From a virus: a DNA stretch of 41,912 bases. Position 1 is the first letter of the stretch; each line of letters begins with the position of its first letter. The stretch covers positions 1-41,912 of the IMG/VR virus record IMGVR_UViG_3300037618_000011; one strand, written 5' to 3'. The position numbers and the translations under genes are program-made. This document shows, one piece after another, positions 6,981 through 12,695 of the stretch. The notes under the pieces are model-generated. The model saw only the letters and a list, made by a program, of their open reading frames with translations, had not been told where the DNA came from and did not search any database.

Positions 6981-6999
6981 CCACCCCCTCCTCCGAAGC
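6981..6999. repeat. Right arm of the imperfect inverted repeat flanking the serine recombinase gene
   Basis: CCACCCCCtccTCCGAAGC on the plus strand, 60 nt after the recombinase stop. Confidence 0.45.
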
Positions 7000-7037
7000 A
7001 GATACGATGCGGCGTCCGCATCTCGGAGGAAAGGATT

Positions 7038-7436
7038 ATGGTCGCCCCTAGCAACAAGTTCGAAACGCTCGGCAACCTGCGCGTCGCGGTCGACAGTCTC
7101 GACCCGACCGTCAACATCCTGTCGATGGTCTCCGTCTGCAAGGGCGTCTGCGAGGCGTCCGGCAAGCAGCCCGTCGAGGGCGTGCTGATGCTGATGACCG
7201 CCGCCGCGTGGCTGCTCGACCACCATGTCGAGGACTTGGCCAAGCAGGCGGATAAGCCGGTCGACATCGAACACCTCATCCACACCTACATGCAGCTGGC
7301 GTGCGAAAGCTGGAACGCCAACGGCTTCCTGTTCCGTGGCATTACCGAGAGGCAAATCGGTGAGGCGACGATGCGCGACCGCGAGGATGGGGACGAGGAG
7401 ACGCCGGACCCGCAGGACAGGACGAGGTGGAACTGA
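7038..7436 (+). CDS. Hypothetical protein, 132 aa
   Basis: ATG behind a GGAGGAAAGG SD. A hairpin at 7006-7022 lies just upstream. Confidence 0.6.
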   Translation: MVAPSNKFETLGNLRVAVDSLDPTVNILSMVSVCKGVCEASGKQPVEGVLMLMTAAAWLLDHHVEDLAKQADKPVDIEHLIHTYMQLACESWNANGFLFRGITERQIGEATMRDREDGDEETPDPQDRTRWN

Positions 7437-7440
7437 TGCC

Positions 7441-7650
7441 ATGTCCGACACCGGCCCTTTGTTCGATACGGCGACGGCCCTGATTAACGACATTCTCGAC
7501 ATCATCGACCATGTCGACCAGAAGAAGCTCAGCATCCGCGAGGTGCTGCAGGCAGAGCGGGTGCGCAAGGAATTGCGCGAGGCCCGCGCCATCATCAACC
7601 AGCTGAAAACGAGACACCATGAAGCGCCCGAAGATAAAGATGGTCGATGA
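7441..7650 (+). CDS. Hypothetical coiled-coil protein, 69 aa
   Basis: ATG 4 nt after the upstream stop, in the frame of track ORF 7225..7650. Confidence 0.5.
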   Translation: MSDTGPLFDTATALINDILDIIDHVDQKKLSIREVLQAERVRKELREARAIINQLKTRHHEAPEDKDGR

Positions 7651-7876
7651 AATCCGTGTCGCACTGGCGGTGGACGAGAAGGACGGCGTCGAGGGCGTCG
7701 TCGCCCACATGGTCGGTGACCAATGGTTTCCGCTGATAGCGGCGGAAGCAGCCCGCTTCGAGCAAATCGAGATAGTGGCGGAAATCGTCGCCGCCCAGAC
7801 CGGCAAGGAAATCAGGATGGTCGCCTTCACCAACCGCAAGGAGTTGAAGACCATCCCGGCGAGGAAGAAGCAATGA
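7619..7876 (+). CDS. Hypothetical protein, 85 aa
   Basis: ORF track. Overlaps the previous gene by 32 nt. Confidence 0.5.
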   Translation: MKRPKIKMVDEIRVALAVDEKDGVEGVVAHMVGDQWFPLIAAEAARFEQIEIVAEIVAAQTGKEIRMVAFTNRKELKTIPARKKQ

Positions 7877-8238
7877 GCCCGGAAGACCACGACCGCATCC
7901 TTGACTTCATGGAAAGCTGCCAGCGCATCAGCGAAGACCCCGACTTCGGGCTTGAATTCTTCATCCTCGGTGAAGACGGCGAGCCGAAGCGGGTGCCGAT
8001 GCTGGTATGGGCGGAATGGTTTGGGCAGCACAAGCACATCGCCTATGACAAGGGCGACGACTGGTGGGTGTCCTCCATCTTCCTTGGCTTCGACCACGCC
8101 ATGCCGATTACCGGGGCCAAGCCGCTGTTCTGGGAGACGGCGACGGACCTGCGCGGCTACCAAGACCGCGAGCGGTTTTCGACCCGCAAGGACTGTCTCG
8201 ATTTTCACCGCAGCAAGGTGGAGGACTTCAAGCGATGA
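7873..8238 (+). CDS. Conserved hypothetical phage protein, 121 aa
   Basis: ATGA coupling. The VSSIFLGFDHAM...PLFWET pattern is common in small phage proteins of unknown function. Confidence 0.6.
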   Translation: MSPEDHDRILDFMESCQRISEDPDFGLEFFILGEDGEPKRVPMLVWAEWFGQHKHIAYDKGDDWWVSSIFLGFDHAMPITGAKPLFWETATDLRGYQDRERFSTRKDCLDFHRSKVEDFKR

Positions 8239-8465
8239 CCAACGTCTGGATTTACGGCCCAATCTTCATGTCTGCCGTCATGATTGGCGCATTGGCCGTC
8301 ATGACGGAGCGGGTCTATCGGGCGCACAAGCGAGCGGTGAAGGCTGCCATGGAGTACACGGCGACGCTCGAATGGGCCGCCGCCTATCTCAAGGAACACC
8401 CGGAAGCCTACGCCGAAGCCACCAAGATGGTGATGGAAGCGGCTGAAAAACGGAGGATGCATTGA
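8235..8465 (+). CDS. Small membrane-anchored protein, 76 aa
   Basis: ATGA coupling. N-terminal hydrophobic segment IYGPIFMSAVMIGALAVM. Confidence 0.55.
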   Translation: MTNVWIYGPIFMSAVMIGALAVMTERVYRAHKRAVKAAMEYTATLEWAAAYLKEHPEAYAEATKMVMEAAEKRRMH

Positions 8466-8707
8466 TGATACCGATGAGCATTACCTTCCTGCAGCCCGAC
8501 GAGTTCTTCTGTGACGCCGGGGAACTGTATCCCGGTGGCTCCATCGACCTTGGTGTCACCCCGCATGGGCTGGCATCCGGTCGCCCGGCCGTGCTGCTGC
8601 GCATCAATGTCGAGGGCAAGAGCTACGTCGTGCCGACCACGGCGCGGCTGTTCGTCTCGACCGCCAAGATGATTGAGGCGAAGTACCCGGACGTGATGGA
8701 GGATTGA
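8465..8707 (+). CDS. Hypothetical protein, 80 aa
   Basis: ATG overlaps the upstream TGA by 1 nt (the track start 8462 is TTG). Confidence 0.55.
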   Translation: MIPMSITFLQPDEFFCDAGELYPGGSIDLGVTPHGLASGRPAVLLRINVEGKSYVVPTTARLFVSTAKMIEAKYPDVMED

Positions 8708-8708
8708 G

Positions 8709-9020
8709 ATGACCGCCAAGACATCCGAAATGCTGGCGCAGGTGCTCGAAAGTGTCGGGCTCGATGCCATGGCCGCCAAGGCGCGCGCCGACCAGTATCA
8801 CGATTTCCTCAGTGACGACGCGCTCTGCGCCATCACGCTGGAAAGGGAACTGCGCGAGGCCCGCGACGCCTCCACGGACCCCATCATGCAGAAGCTCATC
8901 GAGGACATCCGCCAGCACCACCTGAACGGCGATTTCGACGCCTCCAAGGAGGAGAGCGACGAGTGGGCCGCAGGCCCGGAAGGACAGGCAGCCTTCCAGT
9001 CGCTGCTACGGGGAGAGTGA
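8709..9020 (+). CDS. Hypothetical acidic protein, 103 aa
   Basis: ORF track. Starts 1 nt after the upstream stop. Confidence 0.55.
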   Translation: MTAKTSEMLAQVLESVGLDAMAAKARADQYHDFLSDDALCAITLERELREARDASTDPIMQKLIEDIRQHHLNGDFDASKEESDEWAAGPEGQAAFQSLLRGE

Positions 9021-9021
9021 G

Positions 9022-9726
9022 ATGAGCGTCAGCCGCGAACTGTTCGACCTGCCACCGGAAATGGCCCGGCTGCCGGTCGACGTGCGCGGCTACCCGGTGC
9101 CCGCCTTTGTCGAAACCATCAACGGCACCCCGGATTTTCGCATCATCAAGGACGGCTGGCGGGAGGAGTGCTATCGCAAGAAGCGCTGCTGGCTGTGCGG
9201 CGGCTTCATGGGGAAACGCAAGTGGTTTGTGCTAGGGCCGATGTGTTCCATCACGCGGACCACCATGGAGCCGCCTTGCCACCGGCTGTGTGCCGAATTT
9301 GCTGTGAAGAACTGTCCTTTTCTCACCAAGCCGATGGCCAAGCGCCGCGACCTCAGTGACATTGGCGAACACTTTGTCGATGGCATCAGCATCGACCGCA
9401 ATCCGGGGGTCACCTTCATCTGGGAATGCAAGGACTACAAGCCTTTCAGGGTCGATAATGGCTGGCTGATTTCGGTCGGTGACCCCACCAATGTCAGCGC
9501 GTGGCGCGAAGGCAGGCACGCCACCCGCGACGAGTTGATTGACAGCGTCATTTCAGGATTGCCCAACCTGCAGGACATGGCAGAGCAGCAAGGCAAGCAA
9601 GCGGTTTACGAATTGGGGCTGATGACCGGCGAATGGTACAGGGATGTGCTTGACCGGTGGTTTCCCGAAACAAAGGAGGATGTCAACAATGATGGGAAAC
9701 GTCTTCATGACGATGTCCAGACATGA
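9022..9726 (+). CDS. Cys/His-rich hypothetical protein, 234 aa
   Basis: ORF track. CWLCGG...CSITRTTMEPPCHRLCAEFAVKNCPF suggests a metal-binding cluster. Confidence 0.65.
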   Translation: MSVSRELFDLPPEMARLPVDVRGYPVPAFVETINGTPDFRIIKDGWREECYRKKRCWLCGGFMGKRKWFVLGPMCSITRTTMEPPCHRLCAEFAVKNCPFLTKPMAKRRDLSDIGEHFVDGISIDRNPGVTFIWECKDYKPFRVDNGWLISVGDPTNVSAWREGRHATRDELIDSVISGLPNLQDMAEQQGKQAVYELGLMTGEWYRDVLDRWFPETKEDVNNDGKRLHDDVQT

Positions 9727-9883
9727 CCTCGGCCGCCAAGCCGTGGTTCTTCTCGACAAGATTATCCGGTCACCGAAGTGCTGCCCGGACGATACCGAAT
9801 TTTTGCATATGCAAGCGGGCAAGCTGCTCGATGCATGGAAAGTGAAGAACAGGTCAACGCTCAACGAAAAGGAAGGAGCATGA
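9689..9883 (+). CDS. Hypothetical protein, 64 aa
   Basis: ATG 9 nt after an AAGGAGG SD. Overlaps the end of the upstream gene. Confidence 0.45.
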   Translation: MMGNVFMTMSRHDLGRQAVVLLDKIIRSPKCCPDDTEFLHMQAGKLLDAWKVKNRSTLNEKEGA

Positions 9884-10170
9884 GCACGATGGAAGCACAA
9901 CTGGCTCACATACCGCGCAAGTCACGCCCGGTCGCCAACGTGGTGGACGGACACCTAGAATTCACCTTCAAGAACGAGGTCGAGCTTTACAAGTTCTTGG
10001 CCCGTGAAATCGCCGTGCGGAAGGTCAAATTTTCCAAGTTCGCGGAGAAGGCCGACATGTCGACCAACACGGTGAGCCGCATGGCCCACGGGGAGACGCA
10101 GTTCCCGCGCTTCTCGACGGTGTTCCACATGCTGAGTGCGCTTGGCTATGAACTGGTTGTGAAGTCATGA
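9880..10170 (+). CDS. XRE-family HTH protein, 96 aa
   Basis: ATGA coupling. FSKFAEKADMSTNTVSRMAHGETQFPRFSTVFHMLSALGYELVV is a classic Cro/C1-type HTH. Confidence 0.7.
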   Translation: MSTMEAQLAHIPRKSRPVANVVDGHLEFTFKNEVELYKFLAREIAVRKVKFSKFAEKADMSTNTVSRMAHGETQFPRFSTVFHMLSALGYELVVKS

Positions 10171-10613
10171 GCAGGCCGTATCTCGACCAGATTGACAGCA
10201 TGATTGCCGCCCACCGCCAGACCATCGAGGCGCTGCAGCGGGAAATCTACAAGCTCGAAGGCGCGGCCGAAGTCATCGCCCAGCTGCGCGGCAACGACGG
10301 CATCATGGCCCTCGACGTCACCCCGGAGAGGAAAATCTCCGGGGCCATCACCATCCGCAAGAAGGCAGCCCCCACCGGAGAAAGGGTATCCAGCGCCGGG
10401 ATGGAGGAACGGGCTGCCGCCGCCCTCACCATCCACAAGGATGGTCTTGGTATGAAGCAGCTGGCCATCGCCATGGGCCTGCAGCAAAGCGACAAGCGTG
10501 TCGTCAACCGGCTCTGGTATGCCCTGAACAGTGCCATCAAGGCCGGGAAATTCACCAAGGAGGGCAACCTCTACAAGCTACCGCCCCAAAAGGAGGAGCC
10601 CGATGCAGCCTGA
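10167..10613 (+). CDS. Coiled-coil plus C-terminal winged-helix-like protein, 148 aa
   Basis: ATGA coupling. C-terminal LGMKQLAIAMGLQQSDKRVVNRLWYALNSAIKAGKF. Confidence 0.55.
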   Translation: MSRPYLDQIDSMIAAHRQTIEALQREIYKLEGAAEVIAQLRGNDGIMALDVTPERKISGAITIRKKAAPTGERVSSAGMEERAAAALTIHKDGLGMKQLAIAMGLQQSDKRVVNRLWYALNSAIKAGKFTKEGNLYKLPPQKEEPDAA

Positions 10614-10833
10614 GTGGCTGTCTCTTTGGACGGTCTACGACCACCCGAAAGACTTCCCCCACGGCTACATTGCGCGCCGTTGGGAAGTCACCCCGGCCGG
10701 GGCAACACCGACCGGGGACATCATCACCAACCCCAGTCTTGAACTGATGCGGGTAATGATGGAGGCCCAAGGCTTGTATTGCCTGCCCCGGCAAGAGGAA
10801 GACGACCCCGCCATCCTTGAAACGTGGCTTTGA
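10603..10833 (+). CDS. Conserved hypothetical protein, 76 aa (WTVYDHPKDFPHGYIARRW motif)
   Basis: ATG 6 nt after AGGAGG. The motif is common in small prophage/plasmid proteins. Confidence 0.6.
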   Translation: MQPEWLSLWTVYDHPKDFPHGYIARRWEVTPAGATPTGDIITNPSLELMRVMMEAQGLYCLPRQEEDDPAILETWL

Positions 10834-10881
10834 TTTGATAGTCTCCTGCTGCCTCATCGAGTCACGAACGGGGAAGGCAAG

Positions 10882-10931
10882 ACGGCCGGGTTAGCCCTCT
10901 TTAGGAGAGTTAGCCCGGCCGTTTTCTTTCT
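10882..10931 (+). terminator. Rho-independent terminator
   Basis: ACGGCCGGG...CCCGGCCGT long stem with an inner CTCT/AGAG stem, followed by TTTTCTTTCT. Confidence 0.8.
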
Positions 10932-11040
10932 GATACGTTGAATTTTGCCTAGGAGTTTTGGTTTAACCGAAACAGCCGAAGGTCGGGCGGCCGGGTCGTG
11001 CCCTCCATGCATGGCTCGGTCGCACCGTTATGCACACAGC

Positions 11041-11069
11041 TTGACGCCGTCGCTGCGCATCACCTAGCT
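11041..11069 (+). promoter_or_regulatory. Candidate promoter of the virion operon (TTGACG-N17-CTAGCT), ATG 10 nt after the -10
   Basis: Shares TTGAC, GC(T/A)GCGCATCAC and TGATTG with the 4447..4475 element. Confidence 0.5.
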
Positions 11070-11079
11070 GATTGAGGCC

Positions 11080-12504
11080 ATGGCAGATGGCCGAATACTC
11101 CACAAGTTCATCCCCCAGCCCGCGCAGGTGCCGTACATCACCTCGCCTGCCGATATCACCGTCTTCGGCGGTGCACGCGGGGGCGGCAAGACCTTCGCTT
11201 CACTGGGTGACTGGTGGTTGCACGCGGAAGCCTACGGTCCCCATGCGCGCGGGCTGATGCTGCGCAAGGCGAGAGCGGACCTGAAGGACACCATCGCCAT
11301 TGCCAGCGACCTCTACGGCAACGCCGCCCGGTGGATAAGCCAAGACGCCTGCTTCCAGTTTCGCTCTGGCGCGAAATTCTACATGGCCTACCTCGAAAAC
11401 GAGAAGGATGCGCAGGGCTACCAAGGCTGGTCGCTGACCCGCTGCTACCTCGAAGAAATCACCCAGTTCCTGTCGCTGCAGCCGATGTTCCGGCTGCTGG
11501 CCACGCTGCGCAGCCCGCACGGCATCAAGTGCCAGATGAAATGTACGTGCAATCCGGGCGGCCCGTCACATTTTGCCGTCAAGAGCGCCTTCATCGACAA
11601 CGGCGAGAACGTCATCGTCCGCGACCCGGAAACCCATCTGACGAAGGTCTTCATCCCCTCCAAGGTCTCCGATAACCCGGCGCTGCTGGAAAACGACCCC
11701 GGCTACATCAACCGCCTGAAGTCGGTCGGCAGCCCGCAGCTGGTGAAGGCATGGCTCGATGGCGACTGGGACATTGTCGAGGGCGCGTTCTTCCCCGAAT
11801 TTGCCCGCGAGCGCCACGTCATCCCGCCCTTCCCGGTGCCGAACACATGGGTCAAGTTCCGGTCGATGGACTGGGGCTCTGCCCGGCCGTTCTCGGTCGG
11901 CTGGTGGGCGGTCTGCCAAGACACCTTCGAGCACGAGGGCCATGTCATCCCGCGCGGGGCCATCATCCGCTATCGCGAGTGGTATGGGGCCAAGCCCGGC
12001 TTTGCCAACGAGGGCCTGAAGATGCCCGCCGAACAGGTCGGCATCGGCATTGTCGACCGCGAGACAGACCCAACCACCCAGAAGCGCGAATACGTCGCCT
12101 ACGGCGTCCTCGACCCGGCCGCCTTCAATGTCGTCAGCGGTCCCTCCATCGGTGAGACGCTGATGCGCAACGGTGCCAATTTCCGCCGGGCCGACAACAT
12201 CCGCGTGTCCAGAGACCGGCGCATGGGTGGCTGGGACCAGCTGCGGCAGCGGCTGCGCGGCGACGCCGATGGCAACCCGATGATTTTCTTCTTCAGCCAT
12301 TGCCGCGACATCATCCGCACCCTGCCGATGATGGTTCACGACAGTTCCAACCCCGAAGACCTCGACACCGACCTCGAAGACCACGCCGTCGATGAGGTCC
12401 GCTACGCCTGCATGTCGCGGCCCTTCCTCGCCCGCAAGGGCAGCTATCAGGACAATAACCCGTACCTCATCGCCAACGCCTTCAAGCTCAACGAATTGGA
12501 GTGA
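11080..12504 (+). CDS. terL: Terminase large subunit
   Basis: Walker A-like GGARGGGKTF near the N-terminus, 474 aa, directly upstream of the portal gene. Confidence 0.85.
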   Translation: MADGRILHKFIPQPAQVPYITSPADITVFGGARGGGKTFASLGDWWLHAEAYGPHARGLMLRKARADLKDTIAIASDLYGNAARWISQDACFQFRSGAKFYMAYLENEKDAQGYQGWSLTRCYLEEITQFLSLQPMFRLLATLRSPHGIKCQMKCTCNPGGPSHFAVKSAFIDNGENVIVRDPETHLTKVFIPSKVSDNPALLENDPGYINRLKSVGSPQLVKAWLDGDWDIVEGAFFPEFARERHVIPPFPVPNTWVKFRSMDWGSARPFSVGWWAVCQDTFEHEGHVIPRGAIIRYREWYGAKPGFANEGLKMPAEQVGIGIVDRETDPTTQKREYVAYGVLDPAAFNVVSGPSIGETLMRNGANFRRADNIRVSRDRRMGGWDQLRQRLRGDADGNPMIFFFSHCRDIIRTLPMMVHDSSNPEDLDTDLEDHAVDEVRYACMSRPFLARKGSYQDNNPYLIANAFKLNELE

Positions 12505-12509
12505 AATGT

Positions 12510-12587
12510 GCCCTCTGGAGGTGACCAGTTATTCCCCGGCAGGGGTCACTCCACGGCGACCGGGCCAGATGTCTGCTGCCAGAGGGC
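12510..12587 (+). promoter_or_regulatory. Structured element between terL and portal
   Basis: Outer stem GCCCTCTGG/CCAGAGGGC encloses GTGACC/GGTCAC and CCCC-ggca-GGGG stems. Followed by TTTG. Confidence 0.4.
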
Positions 12588-12695
12588 TTTGCAGACCCAC
12601 GGAGGGACAAAGTAGCATGACTTTGACAGAAAGCCACGACGCGCGGATATTGTCGGCTGTTAGGGCTCAACGGTGCAGCCGCGCCGGGGTGCTTC

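Noticed and set aside
6960-8262. Minus-strand ORFs 6960..7664 (234 aa) and 7342..8262 (306 aa)
   Set aside because: They overlap a run of plus-strand genes that have SD sequences and ATGA coupling. The minus translations are Arg/Ser/Ala-rich and have no start context.
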